A stretch of DNA of 64,000 nt from a virus (IMGVR_UViG_3300037067_016777:96001-160000); one strand, 5' to 3'. Shown: positions 30,580-41,829, numbered from the stretch's first letter. Notes: a model not told the origin generated them from the letters alone. A program made the numbers and translations.

Positions 30580-31039
30580 ACAGCTATCTACTGTTCTTGA
30601 AGATATGGCACACGGTCGTCTGCACCCGGCGATCATAGTCACCGCGCGCGGAGTCGAGATTAAAGCTGACCATGCGCGTTGGATGAAGGGCAGAAACGGC
30701 AAAATATTTTTAGCGGTCGGGATTGGTCCTGCTATCATATCGTCGAAACCAAAGAAGCAGAATTGGAATTGTGGAATATTAAGTAAAGCACGCGATTTTT
30801 TCGCACCTCCTAGATTCGAACCTGTTAGTGATACAGACTCAGAAGGCAATTATGTGAGTAGATGTGTTACTTGCGGATTCTATCCACGTTATCATAAGTT
30901 AGGACACCCAGGTGTTTGTGCTCATTATACGCCAGGCGGTAAATACAATGCACATAAGAAATTGATTAAAATTAGGAAATTCCACAAGATCTTGACTATC
31001 CAGCAAGAGAACGTCCGCTCACTCAAATGGTTAGATTAG
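30566..31039 (+). CDS. Paralogue 2 of the tandem family
   Basis: Same core; CVTC...H...C insert; GTG start at 30566 likely. Confidence 0.7.
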   Translation: MRFDKQLSTVLEDMAHGRLHPAIIVTARGVEIKADHARWMKGRNGKIFLAVGIGPAIISSKPKKQNWNCGILSKARDFFAPPRFEPVSDTDSEGNYVSRCVTCGFYPRYHKLGHPGVCAHYTPGGKYNAHKKLIKIRKFHKILTIQQENVRSLKWLD

Positions 31040-31377
31040 CGGACTTTAACAAGCAGTTATCTGCTATTATTGAAAATAAAACTACTGGGCGTATGCGTCC
31101 AGCAATCATAATAACTGCACGTGGTGTAGAGATTAAAGCTGATCATGCTCGCTGGATGAAGACGACAAAAGGTAATGTTTTTCTTGCTGTTGGAATTCAG
31201 CCAAGGATTAAAGAAAGAGCAGTTCTATATAGCCGTGGCGGTGTATTACGTAAAGCAAGAGACTTTTACGCTCCAGAAGAAATTCAAAACTCAACACTTA
31301 AGCATATTGTCCGGCAGAGATTTTCTAAGATCTTGACTATTAAAAAAGAGAATGTGAAATCTCTAAATTGGCTTTAA
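31027..31377 (+). CDS. Paralogue 3 of the tandem family
   Basis: Same core without the Cys insert. Confidence 0.7.
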   Translation: MVRLADFNKQLSAIIENKTTGRMRPAIIITARGVEIKADHARWMKTTKGNVFLAVGIQPRIKERAVLYSRGGVLRKARDFYAPEEIQNSTLKHIVRQRFSKILTIKKENVKSLNWL

Positions 31378-33266
31378 TCTAGCTCGTCAAGTACTATACC
31401 ATATAATACTTCGTCAATATATTTTTTCTTTTGTTCTGGTGTGCCTCTTTCCCGCAATTTCTGTTCTAATTCTGACCATGGGCCGATCACTTGATTCGCA
31501 TAAGCAATAGCAACATCAAGATCTTGCAATATGAGATCTTCGCCTTCTGGATATTCGTCGCCCGTTGCTAATGCGAAATTAAGGGCTTCTTTTGATGTTT
31601 TTGGTTTGACGTCTCTTTCTTCGCCCTCGATCCTCGGTTTCCGACCAGTAATCCGCATATATAACCTTGCATATCGCTCGTCACGTGCTAATATCGACTC
31701 TGCTTCGGGCCAATCGTACTTCCTTCTAAATCGCATCCATCGCCAAACACTACCCGCTTCTCCGAGTCGAACAATTTCTTCATCTGATCCTGGCAATGCT
31801 TTACCAACAGCGCTACAATAAGCGACAATAAAACCGGGATTTTGGCTAGTCATTATGCGATGTGCAATCTGCGGCGTCGTCCCTACTTCTTCCGCAAACT
31901 TGCTTATTAACTTGACATCAGCTTGGTCGTTGATTTTAGTAGACAATATTCGGTCCAATGTCGCAACATCCAAGCTGCCAGCTTTGTGTAATGGTATGCT
32001 ATATTTCAGCATTTGGGCTATTGTTCCTTCTTTAACTATCCTATTTAATAGCCCCGGCACAACCATCGCTGTTGCGGCGACATAACCTATAGCGTTATCG
32101 AGATTCTCGAATAACCAGTATTTTTCAAATTGTGGCCAGCGTTTCTTCGTGGTTTCTGCTAGACGTACAGCAGCTTCGCTGTCATGTGTGTCCGCGATGG
32201 TGTTTATTAGTGCGTTTGGGATTTCCTCGCGATCTCCAACTCTATCGATCAATGATTTTAGTGCTTGGTCTATTGCCTGTGGATGGACTGATCGTATTGT
32301 ATCTAAAAATTCTTTGACAAAAGGTATCTCATCACCGAACTTCGATATGTAGTGGGAACAATGATGAATGCTAGCAGAAACTGATCCTTTTGCTGAAGAT
32401 CTATTGTCGTCTGGTTCGGCTGTTTTCAATTCGCTGAGTAGTGCTTTTTCAGCTTCTAGGTCTGGTATGCCCAACAGCGCAGAGTAATTTGATCGAACAT
32501 CAATTAGATTTAGACTTGTGCCTTGTATTTTCCCTGATAATATATCGGGGTCTGGAGCCATCAATTTTGCCAATTCTTTTGGTGGTATAAAGCGTGATGT
32601 TGACCTGGCTGGCTGGATCTCCTTATAGTTTGGAGTATATTGTACAAATTGTTTACCATCTTTGAAGATAGTATAGATAGCACCAAATCTCTTCAAATAA
32701 GAAGGCGCTAGAGATTGAGTACCATAACTCTTTCTGGTACACCAGATACTTCCTTCACCAATTTCAGCAAGCGATTCTGCATTAGTAGATCTCAAGATAA
32801 CATAAGGCCCACCCCTCGCATAAATCTCAACTCCGGGCATTTTTGATGGGTCGAATCCAAGACCGCCTTGTCGCTTACTTTCCACTTCACCAAGCTGGTC
32901 AAGCATATCTCTAGCGCTATCGACAGTATGTTTATTAAGATCTGGTTCTGGTAGCCTTCCCACTCTTTTCTGCTCTATAAACCGTCTCAATAATTCATTT
33001 ATGGCGTGTGCGTCATCCGGTAGAATTATCGCCTTATTCCCGACCTGTTTTAATATCCAACCAACACTCTTCTTTTTGGGGTCCGGATCAGTCTCTATAG
33101 TTTGTTGTAATAATTGTTTAGCAAGATCTTCATAATCTAAGTTTGGATAATTGTCGTGTACCTTTTTAGCAATATTGACTGCATTCTTACTGAACTTAGC
33201 GATTGCATTGGCAACAGGATCGAGCGCTTCTAATAGATATAAATTACTAAGTAGCATTATGTGCAA
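31374..33266 (-). CDS. Large hypothetical protein with helical repeats (possible virion protein)
   Basis: GEGSIWCTR motif; C-terminal W-P-E-x-E-x-x-I-like repeats. Confidence 0.6.
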   Translation of the reverse strand: MHIMLLSNLYLLEALDPVANAIAKFSKNAVNIAKKVHDNYPNLDYEDLAKQLLQQTIETDPDPKKKSVGWILKQVGNKAIILPDDAHAINELLRRFIEQKRVGRLPEPDLNKHTVDSARDMLDQLGEVESKRQGGLGFDPSKMPGVEIYARGGPYVILRSTNAESLAEIGEGSIWCTRKSYGTQSLAPSYLKRFGAIYTIFKDGKQFVQYTPNYKEIQPARSTSRFIPPKELAKLMAPDPDILSGKIQGTSLNLIDVRSNYSALLGIPDLEAEKALLSELKTAEPDDNRSSAKGSVSASIHHCSHYISKFGDEIPFVKEFLDTIRSVHPQAIDQALKSLIDRVGDREEIPNALINTIADTHDSEAAVRLAETTKKRWPQFEKYWLFENLDNAIGYVAATAMVVPGLLNRIVKEGTIAQMLKYSIPLHKAGSLDVATLDRILSTKINDQADVKLISKFAEEVGTTPQIAHRIMTSQNPGFIVAYCSAVGKALPGSDEEIVRLGEAGSVWRWMRFRRKYDWPEAESILARDERYARLYMRITGRKPRIEGEERDVKPKTSKEALNFALATGDEYPEGEDLILQDLDVAIAYANQVIGPWSELEQKLRERGTPEQKKKYIDEVLYGIVLDELD

Positions 33267-33300
33267 ATCTTTTTATGGGAAATTTAATTAGGAACATCTA

Positions 33301-34656
33301 ATGGTATATTTCGACAAAGCACTATCAAGAATTCTTGAAAATACTGCATCGCCAGTAGCACCTCCGGTTAAGACCCCTGTGCGACCAAAGCAGCCGCCAG
33401 AGCGAAAGCCCTGGAATCCCCCAAGGCCAAAACAATTACCACAGCCCAAGAATCAGACAACTACTCCAACTAAGCCGAAACCCGGTACAATACCGAAGCC
33501 TAAACATCCACCAGAGCGTAAGCCTTGGAATCCCCCCAAGCCAAAACAATTACCGCAACCCAAAAATTATACTGCACCGAATCTTCTCGCACAACTTATG
33601 ACCGAAGCGTATGAGGACGAAGTAGAGCCCGGTACGCAGGAATTTTGGCGGGGGTTACGTCGTAATCGTGAGCATACACTTGGTAAGCATCCTATCTTCG
33701 CTATGTCCGGCGACGACCTGTCACGCAAGTCATGGGAGCACACTGACCAACGTACCAAGGCTTCAGGTGCCAATATGGGCAATATGATGCGTGTGGTTCA
33801 ACAAATCATGCGTATCGAAGCAACCCACGAAGATGAGCTGGTGGAACTAGCGAAGACGATTACTTGCAAGATTTGGCATATTCCTGAAGAGATGTTGAAT
33901 GGTCGCCTAACTGATGATGTCGAAGAGAACGAGGCGGATGAGGATTTGGGAGCCGAAGAGGAAGGTCCAGAAGAAATCGACGACGTGACTCGTAAGCACA
34001 TCAACAAGCGCCTGACCTTGAATGCTATGACTCATGGGTCGGCAATCCATGCCATGCTATCTCTGCACCATGCGATTGACAAAGAGATAGAGGCGATAGA
34101 CCCACGGCTGCTCAGATTATACGATCAAATAGCCTCGGGTTCGCATGGGATGTACTGGTTGATTGACATTCCGGCGATGTTTGCGAATTTGGGCGCTATG
34201 GCTGTTGGCTCTGCAAAGGTTGAATATCCTGAAGAGGAAGACGGTGAACCTATCATACAAGCTCGCGGTATCGTCTTCCCGGTATTGGCACAAGAGATGA
34301 ATAAGGGTGTCGCCGAGCTACTCAGCCACCATGGATTGGCTGACTTGGATGAGCCCACAACTAAGACCGTCTTGAAGCATGCAGACGACATCAAGCACGA
34401 GCCATATTTGATGCAGGTCGGACCAGAGATGTGGCGTAGATTCTTAAAGGTTAAACCGCGTGAAGTGTCTCTGTCTGATTTGTACGTAGCTCTATCAAAA
34501 CAAGAGCCGGATGAGCTACACAAAATAATAGCCGCAGCTGTTGAAGATCCAGAAAATGCGAAGGCTATGTTGAATGAGTTGATCTCAGAACCAAATGAAT
34601 TTGAGATCGATCGATGGACACCAGAATCCGAAGACGACGAAAGTGAAAACTGGTGA
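33301..34656 (+). CDS. Hypothetical protein with duplicated Pro/Lys-rich N-terminus
   Basis: PK.PPERKPWNPP.PKQLPQPKN twice, followed by an acidic body. Confidence 0.7.
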   Translation: MVYFDKALSRILENTASPVAPPVKTPVRPKQPPERKPWNPPRPKQLPQPKNQTTTPTKPKPGTIPKPKHPPERKPWNPPKPKQLPQPKNYTAPNLLAQLMTEAYEDEVEPGTQEFWRGLRRNREHTLGKHPIFAMSGDDLSRKSWEHTDQRTKASGANMGNMMRVVQQIMRIEATHEDELVELAKTITCKIWHIPEEMLNGRLTDDVEENEADEDLGAEEEGPEEIDDVTRKHINKRLTLNAMTHGSAIHAMLSLHHAIDKEIEAIDPRLLRLYDQIASGSHGMYWLIDIPAMFANLGAMAVGSAKVEYPEEEDGEPIIQARGIVFPVLAQEMNKGVAELLSHHGLADLDEPTTKTVLKHADDIKHEPYLMQVGPEMWRRFLKVKPREVSLSDLYVALSKQEPDELHKIIAAAVEDPENAKAMLNELISEPNEFEIDRWTPESEDDESENW

Positions 34657-34927
34657 TAACAGCTACTAGTCGTTGACTATCTTTTTAATTTTTAATAATT
34701 TACTGTTTTCTATAGTTAGTCGTGCTATAGTAATATCACAATCGTGTACTTCATTTCTATAAGCATCTAACATAGCAATGACAGTTTTGGTGTTTGTAAT
34801 CTGATTAGATAGTTCACCGTGTTCATTTGAATCTTCTAAGTATAGTCTATTGAGCCACGATGCAATATCTTGCATTGCTTGTTTTGCTTTGTGTTCCGCA
34901 TCTGGCAGAATCGTTCGCATGTCTGAC

Positions 34928-35959
34928 TCAGCCTTTCAACAAAACTAATTTTCTATTTTGCATTTGAATAATAGTTTTATCCTTATATCTTGATCGAATA
35001 AGGTCATGCATATCTACATCTTGATACATCCAAGCATACTGCTCTTCGTTTGGCTCTGGTAATTCATAGAGCAACATATTTGATATTCTTCTAATATGAT
35101 CCAACAGTTTTTCAAATTTTTCTATTGGATTTTCTTTCGAAAAGTGGTGTAGTACAGCCAGAGCAAAAACACAATCAACGCTTTGGCTGCATTGCTCTAC
35201 GACATCAAAGAAGTTATCATTACGTGCAACAAACCCAATTTTATCAAACAATAGTTTCAACACATTATATCTAGTGCGATTGTATTCAACACCTATTGCT
35301 GAATTAAGTAGCTTTTTTATGCTATAGAGGACATGACCGTGGCAGCTACCAAGATCGAGCACTGATTTAATCTTGTGCTCTTCGACAATACCTTTAATAG
35401 CCAGTTCTTTTATATCGTTGTTGCAGTAATTCCAATCTTCGAAGTCTGGATGTGGTATAGATTGATACATTAGAGTTGGATATAACTGTCTTAAATCGTC
35501 TACGATTTTCTGCCACTTATCTTGTCGCTCGCAAATTGTAAATCGAATAGGATAACCTAAAGCAAATAGAATTGATATTCTATGCATGCCATCCCAAATA
35601 GATATACCGCCGTCATTTTCGATTTTTACACAAATGGGACCAAAGTAATGCGTGCACCCGTTTATCACACGATTCATCATTTCGTGTTCTACAAAATTAG
35701 GTGCTATTCTAAATAGACGCTTGAAATTTTCATATTGTTTTGTAATATCATACTCGTTATTTAATATTCCATTCCAAACACTACCATTAATATCTAATTC
35801 ATTCTTTAGCCATTGATAATATGGTGTCTCCACCATCGCAATATCTATATTCTCTATCCACATCTTAGCCGTTTTATAATGTGGAAATTCAAGAATTTTT
35901 AACTTTAATTCTTCGCTCCATGGATCACAACCCAAATTAACAACTTTATAATTGTCCAT
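34928..35959 (-). CDS. ParB-like domain fused to a class I SAM methyltransferase
   Basis: IWDGMHRI; VLDLGSCHG, GVE and ALAVLHH. Confidence 0.7.
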   Translation of the reverse strand: MDNYKVVNLGCDPWSEELKLKILEFPHYKTAKMWIENIDIAMVETPYYQWLKNELDINGSVWNGILNNEYDITKQYENFKRLFRIAPNFVEHEMMNRVINGCTHYFGPICVKIENDGGISIWDGMHRISILFALGYPIRFTICERQDKWQKIVDDLRQLYPTLMYQSIPHPDFEDWNYCNNDIKELAIKGIVEEHKIKSVLDLGSCHGHVLYSIKKLLNSAIGVEYNRTRYNVLKLLFDKIGFVARNDNFFDVVEQCSQSVDCVFALAVLHHFSKENPIEKFEKLLDHIRRISNMLLYELPEPNEEQYAWMYQDVDMHDLIRSRYKDKTIIQMQNRKLVLLKG

Positions 35960-36568
35960 TGCTTTCCATCGCTTTCCACTCTTCGACAGTCAAAAGATTT
36001 AAAATATCATGTCTATGTTCGTGTAAGAAATCAAAAGTAAAAGATGCACAAAATGCATCCGGCTCAAGTGGGATTGATAAACCTGGCATAAAAAGTTGTT
36101 GCTTCATAAAAGGCTTAATAATGCCTATTCCTTCATCAACATCCACAGTATAGATACTGATGTTTGGCTCTGTTATTCTATAGAAAAGAATAGCCTTCCA
36201 CACTGAGCCATTCCAGTGTGCTACTACAATTTCGTCTCTCTGATGTATCTCAAGCAGCGGGTTGCAATCATGTAATAAAATGATTCCATGTGGTGTGATA
36301 AATTTAAGAGCGTTGCGGATATCTTTAATAACTTGGACGGCCCTATGGTCGCCATCGATAAAAATAACATCATATTTTCTTTGGTTGTTAGAAAAGAAGT
36401 CGTCGGACTTCATTTTATACGTAGCACCTTGCGTACAAGGATCTACACAGAACTTATTAGCAGCTTTTATTTTAAGGAAGTTCGCTGACAGATTTCCAGT
36501 GCCGATTTCTAAATAAGCACATTCTGTGAATTTAGACGTATAAAAGTTGATAATATCTGTTCTATTCA
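35946..36568 (-). CDS. Class I methyltransferase (Methyltransf_24-like)
   Basis: YLEIG, SDDFF, DVIFIDGDH and HDCNP...WNGSVWKA. Confidence 0.8.
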
Positions 36569-37270
36569 TTTTTCCAGTAAACTCCCCCATGAGTCGATAA
36601 TTACAATCGGATTTGTAATTTTGTTTTTTGTGCGAAATTCAGTTACAGCCGCTTTGCAAGCTGGGTGTGTATAATCGTCAATAATGATATAACCACCCTC
36701 AGACACTTTATGATATAAAGCGTTCAAAGAGTCCATAGTAGATTCATATAGATCGCCATCTAGTCTTAATATGGCCAGTTTTTCAACTAAATCAGTATCT
36801 AGAGTGTCTTTAAACCAACCTTCTAAGAAAACAACGCTTGAATCAAGTAGATCGAAAGCTTTGAAGTTCTTCTCAACTTGTTTTCTTGTTACTTTTAGCG
36901 ATTCAACTTTATAGAGAGTACTTGTCTTATCTATCGGATATTTTTCGGCATTTGGTGGAGGTACTCCTTGAAAAGAGTCAGCAACGAATACCCTGCGTTC
37001 TTCTTGGTAAGCTTTCAGCATGCCCTGCATAAAAATAGTCGACCCACCACGCCAGACTCCTGTCTCAATAAAATCCCCAACGATTTTATTTTTAATAACG
37101 TCCTCTATACAGAACTGTAGATTGTTTAATCTCTTGAAACCTATCATAGTGAAAGCTCTAGGAGGCCAATATGTTCCGTTTTCAGCAGCCTCATGCATCT
37201 TAGAATATATGCCAATATCCATCAAAGACTTCTTCAATAGATCTATATAAAGAGCCCTTAGTGTTTCCAA
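36566..37270 (-). CDS. TylF/MycF/NovP-family sugar O-methyltransferase
   Basis: GDFIETGVWRGG, DSFQG, GWFKDTL, LRLDGDLYEST and IIDDY. Confidence 0.9.
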   Translation of the reverse strand: METLRALYIDLLKKSLMDIGIYSKMHEAAENGTYWPPRAFTMIGFKRLNNLQFCIEDVIKNKIVGDFIETGVWRGGSTIFMQGMLKAYQEERRVFVADSFQGVPPPNAEKYPIDKTSTLYKVESLKVTRKQVEKNFKAFDLLDSSVVFLEGWFKDTLDTDLVEKLAILRLDGDLYESTMDSLNALYHKVSEGGYIIIDDYTHPACKAAVTEFRTKNKITNPIVIIDSWGSLLEK

Positions 37271-38061
37271 GTTTTAATCTCTGCAAAGATTTGACAAGTA
37301 TTTTGTAAGTTTCCTCTGAGAATACAAATCCACAAACCCGCATTATTTGTGTCAAAGACAACATGAGCACATTTGCTCATAATTGAAACTGCCGCCAAAT
37401 AGTTCAATCCAAGTGTGTAGTTGCAAACACCTACTTGTTGATGCATTACTCCGTCGTTATCTGTCATCGGCATTTCATCTATATATATCAACCGATCTCC
37501 AAGTACTTGCTGAAAATATTTCAGCGTCTGGATCTGATCAGTTTGTAGTAAAATCTTATAATCTTTGGGCAGATCTTTAGCGATATCTAAATAAAAATGA
37601 GGATGGACTCTCGGCACCTCTAGCATTTTGTCAGTACCCCTATACAGAACAGCAATGGTTTTATCTGGGGCGATTCTATATTTTGTTAAGAAATGTTGTT
37701 CTGTTTGAAGCACTTCATCTGAAAAACCGAAATAGAAGTCTCGGAAGATTGATAGATGTTGAAAATCAAATTTTCCACAATCACCTATCATACAACAAAA
37801 ATAGACATCGGGATTAGCATACCGCAACTGTTTCCCTTGATTGGCCTTGAAGTACAGTTCAAACACATTTCGGTCTTTTCTATCGTCTTTGTTCCAAACA
37901 CTCGTATAAGGCCATATTACCTGGATTGGATCTGACGTAAGTTTGTGCGTTTGTAGAAGACCATTAAAAGTTACTGAAGCGTTTGATAACAGGCCGCAAT
38001 CGTGTTTGTCTAAAATTAATTGCTTAGATTCTGGATTAAAGGTTACTCCATAAATATTCAA
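37258..38061 (-). CDS. NodZ-like (GT-B) fucosyltransferase-like protein
   Basis: CGLLS, IAVLYRGTDK, LLQTD and MSKC. Confidence 0.6.
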   Translation of the reverse strand: MNIYGVTFNPESKQLILDKHDCGLLSNASVTFNGLLQTHKLTSDPIQVIWPYTSVWNKDDRKDRNVFELYFKANQGKQLRYANPDVYFCCMIGDCGKFDFQHLSIFRDFYFGFSDEVLQTEQHFLTKYRIAPDKTIAVLYRGTDKMLEVPRVHPHFYLDIAKDLPKDYKILLQTDQIQTLKYFQQVLGDRLIYIDEMPMTDNDGVMHQQVGVCNYTLGLNYLAAVSIMSKCAHVVFDTNNAGLWICILRGNLQNTCQIFAEIKTWKH

Positions 38062-38062
38062 T

Positions 38063-38602
38063 TTAAGTGTCCTTTTTAAAGGCTTGCATATTTAAGCTAA
38101 TTAAGGTTCCATCCTTTTTTGCCATGTGCGGTATGTATGCTTGGCTATAGTCATCAACCGAAGCGTGCTCTGTTGTTCTCCAATCATATCTGGCGATTTC
38201 TATTGCGCCAGCCTCTGATAAAACAGCAGACAATGTTTGAAGGTCAAAAGCTGTATAGTGAATATTATATAAATAATTTCCTCTGCCGAAAAGAGGCCCA
38301 ATAATTAAATTCAGGTCATGTGTTTGTTGATAAACCTTGAGTAATGCCTCTACGTCTGGCACAGATATTCTTAAAATTCCGCCTTTCTTTAGAACCCTTA
38401 ACCATTCTTTTAGAACTGGTAGGATTTGTTTCTTGTGAAAATGCTCTAATACATGACATGCGTATACAACGTCGCATGATTCGTCTTGAACCATAGGTAA
38501 GGATTCAACACTATGAATTATATCGATGTGTGGAAATTCAATCACATCAATATGGCAATATCCAGGAATGAAAGTTTTACCACAGCCTAAATGTAATTTC
38601 AT
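38063..38602 (-). CDS. SAM methyltransferase (type 11-like)
   Basis: LHLGCG, HVLEH and RVLKKGG.LRISVPD. Confidence 0.85.
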   Translation of the reverse strand: MKLHLGCGKTFIPGYCHIDVIEFPHIDIIHSVESLPMVQDESCDVVYACHVLEHFHKKQILPVLKEWLRVLKKGGILRISVPDVEALLKVYQQTHDLNLIIGPLFGRGNYLYNIHYTAFDLQTLSAVLSEAGAIEIARYDWRTTEHASVDDYSQAYIPHMAKKDGTLISLNMQAFKKDT

Positions 38603-38615
38603 ATCAATTTACCTA

Positions 38616-39528
38616 CTATATAGTATTTTTACTAGCAACAAAATTGGTCAACTCGATCAGTTGTGTGTGATATGGCGACTCACAATCAAACCCGAGATCT
38701 TTACAAACATATCTAACACACGATTCAAATGTTCTCATATTAACTAATATATCACGTGCCTGTAGTATTGCAGATTGATATTTGCTTATTTCGTTGCAAG
38801 ACATGTTTTTGATATATGCCATCAATTCTGATTCAGACCAAAAATCTCGATAATTGATGTAACAATTTTCTGGAATAAATAGCGGAGTGTCTAAAGGACC
38901 AAGATAAACCAAAATACAGCCAGCAGACAAAGCATCGAACGGCTTCTCTGTAAGATGACCTAAATCTAATTGATTTTCGCAAGCAAAAGCGAATTTATAT
39001 TGAGACATAACCATCAATTTAGCAGCGTAGCTTCTAGAAGTGGGAGTATCTCCCAAAACTGGCTTGTTGTTTGCACCATAAACGTCCATTCCAAGATTTT
39101 GCAGCCTGCTAGTTGCTTGATGTCTCGGCTCTCTATTACAATTATGGTTTGTCACCACGGAGCATATTAATTTCTCTCTTTTCATTACTGTTGTAATTGG
39201 CTTGATCCATACAGGTACTGGAAAATATTTTACTGTATCGCCATCAACGTCAGTAGAGCAATTGGTATATATTCTTCCGAATTGTTGTTGGTATCTAACA
39301 CTATATCCATACGGTCTTTTATATCTTCCTTCATAATGGATTAAAACCCTCTTAGAATATTCAAACCTATTAATAACAGCCATCACCTTATTAAATTCGT
39401 CTTGTGTTACTGGCTGCCAAACTACAAGCCAATCTTCTGCTGTTGGTTTAATATCTAATGAAATATGCGTTACTTGCTGGTTATTTAGGAAACTATGCCA
39501 GCAAACGTAAGTCGATGTATAAATCATA
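38616..39528 (-). CDS. GT10-like glycosyltransferase
   Basis: YKFAFACEN...GHLTEKPFDAL.AGCILVYLG. Confidence 0.8.
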
Positions 39529-40170
39529 TCATTTGCTCCACCAGAGGCGCAAATCTTCACTATAAGTATCTTCAACAATATGTCGCAATTCTGGTGTGTA
39601 ATAACAATCTGGCGGTTTATGGATACTAATATTGAGGTGCCCTAAATCTGGGAACCCATAACGCTTTTGTAATCCGGACCAAAAAACACTCACCTCGCGC
39701 ATTTCTCGTACAACTTTCGCTACACATTTTCCTTCGTATAATAGAAAATGTGACATCGGAGTTATATGAGTATCTAATATCTCATCCTTTGGTGGATTTT
39801 GAACTAAATCGCACACAGCACGACAAAACACATCAAACTGTTGCCCTACTAATCGCCGTAATTGAGGTCCTAGGCACGGCCTTGCCACTGACGTGCAACA
39901 TTTTTCTTGCCAAACTGATACAAGTCGATCAAAAGGATTTCGAATAATCGCCCATGTATACCAACTATCATCAAGCCTCGAAATCCACCTCATTGATTCA
40001 ACGTGTGGCCACTTTCGGCTATGAACCATTTCATAATGTTCAGACGGTTCTAATTTGAAGTGTTTTTCTAAAGCACAACGAATAGAACTACATGCACATT
40101 TAGGGATAGACACATGTGCCCATTTTTGTTTGTCGTCGACGATAATCAATGGTGGAAACTTCTTTGCCAT
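39529..40170 (-). CDS. Sulfotransferase family 2 protein
   Basis: IPKCACSSI (5'-PSB), RNPFDRLVS (3'-PB) and YSEDLRLW. Confidence 0.8.
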   Translation of the reverse strand: MAKKFPPLIIVDDKQKWAHVSIPKCACSSIRCALEKHFKLEPSEHYEMVHSRKWPHVESMRWISRLDDSWYTWAIIRNPFDRLVSVWQEKCCTSVARPCLGPQLRRLVGQQFDVFCRAVCDLVQNPPKDEILDTHITPMSHFLLYEGKCVAKVVREMREVSVFWSGLQKRYGFPDLGHLNISIHKPPDCYYTPELRHIVEDTYSEDLRLWWSK

Positions 40171-40173
40171 AAT

Positions 40174-41820
40174 TTAATCAGGTTGCCAATTGCGGAAACA
40201 TTTTTTACAGATTTCACACTGTTCGCCAGCTTTCATCTCACGAAATTTCTGGCAGTATTCATTTTGCCAAATTATATTATCTGTGATTATACCATTTTCT
40301 TTTCTTGGCGGTGATACGCTATTGCATATAGTTATTGATTTGTTTCCATTTATTCCAATCGTTTTCCATGGAAATAGACAATTTCTTCTGACTTCATCTT
40401 TGGCTATAAGCACAGGATATCGCAATATAATATCAGCATCCGGCAAAGCTTTAATGGCATCAATCGCGGTTTGATCGTCTTTTGTCAGAACTAAATCCCA
40501 AAATTTAATGTTTTCATTATCGTCGAAGTGTGGAAGAATATTGTGTAGATGCACACCTTGTACACCAAGTGATTTAGCTAATGCGATGAATTCTGCGATA
40601 TTTGATAGATTGTTTTTATTGCAGACACGAGACAGATAAGTTGGAACGCCCATATCAAGGCTAGCTCGAACGCCAGACAATGCCTGTTCGAATAAATCGC
40701 TTCCTGTAATCTGTTTATATTCAGTTGCATTTGATGCATTCAGGCTGATAGATAAATAATCTGGTAAGCATCCAGCATCTCGAAGCTGTGGTAAGCGTTC
40801 AGCTGCTAACGTCCCATTTGTGATGAGACCAACATAAAGATGTTTGCCATATGAGTGAAAGCTTTGTGCTGGTGTTTTAATATATCGCATCAGCGATACT
40901 AAGTTTTCACACATGAATGGTTCACCAAATCCACACACGCATAACGATTGTATTGTTGGAAACTTGAATAATAAATCATCAATAACACCAGACGTCATAT
41001 CTGGGAAATCTTCAAGCTCTTTGTGCTGCCGCCAGCAGAAATTGCATTTCAAATTGCATTTGTTAGTGATATATAATGTAGCTGAAATTGGTTGCTCTAG
41101 AAAACTCTGCATTTTCTGGTACTCCGATCGCTTATTGGTGAAATTCTTTTCTCCAAGTTGCAATCTATCTGTGCTAGCGATACTTGTATATGCTCCAAGC
41201 AATGCGAAGAGATTCAGCTCTGTAGGATCTCTTTTGAAAATCTCAAATAATTTTTTTGGAAGACTCTCTAGCCAAGTGTATCTAAATTCTTTGAATTTTT
41301 CCATTAAGTTTAGATATCGCTCGAAGATAAGCTCATTGCTCCATAATGGCGAATGCTTACCTACAATATCTTCCTTTAGCGTATAAGTGTATCCGTCTAT
41401 TTTCATCCTATCAAGTTGTTCAACTTCACATGACATATGACTAAGGTTGTATGGATAATTTTTGAAAATATCGAATTTATATATCTTGATACCATAGATA
41501 GCGAAATCAATATGAACGTCTCGCAGACGAAAAGCGACCATCGAACATTTAGAATCTGCACTAACAACTGCAGCATACATTTTCTCAATAGCATTAGAAT
41601 CTAATACCATATCTTCATCAACTTCAATATAATATGGTGTTTTACATCTAACTAGCATCTGTTGAAAAGCAACAGACATTGGACTATAATCTCTAATAAT
41701 ATCGATGGATGCTTTAACGGTCTGGTTCTTTAGAGCATCCAAACATAGTTGATAATTAGGATTAGCTCCGGAGCTAATAACAAATACCGTTATTACATTC
41801 GACAAATCTGGCTGGTCCAT
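40174..41820 (-). CDS. GT-A glycosyltransferase fused to a radical SAM/SPASM domain
   Basis: EVDEDM (DxD); CNLKCNFC, GFGEP, CLFPW...ICN...CEICKKC. Confidence 0.8.
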   Translation of the reverse strand: MDQPDLSNVITVFVISSGANPNYQLCLDALKNQTVKASIDIIRDYSPMSVAFQQMLVRCKTPYYIEVDEDMVLDSNAIEKMYAAVVSADSKCSMVAFRLRDVHIDFAIYGIKIYKFDIFKNYPYNLSHMSCEVEQLDRMKIDGYTYTLKEDIVGKHSPLWSNELIFERYLNLMEKFKEFRYTWLESLPKKLFEIFKRDPTELNLFALLGAYTSIASTDRLQLGEKNFTNKRSEYQKMQSFLEQPISATLYITNKCNLKCNFCWRQHKELEDFPDMTSGVIDDLLFKFPTIQSLCVCGFGEPFMCENLVSLMRYIKTPAQSFHSYGKHLYVGLITNGTLAAERLPQLRDAGCLPDYLSISLNASNATEYKQITGSDLFEQALSGVRASLDMGVPTYLSRVCNKNNLSNIAEFIALAKSLGVQGVHLHNILPHFDDNENIKFWDLVLTKDDQTAIDAIKALPDADIILRYPVLIAKDEVRRNCLFPWKTIGINGNKSITICNSVSPPRKENGIITDNIIWQNEYCQKFREMKAGEQCEICKKCFRNWQPD

Positions 41821-41829
41821 GATTGTTTC

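Noticed and set aside
28553-31377. Diversity-generating retroelement
   Set aside because: No TR/VR pair differing only at adenines and no Avd-like gene were seen; differences among the three paralogues and between the two fibre genes are not A-specific.
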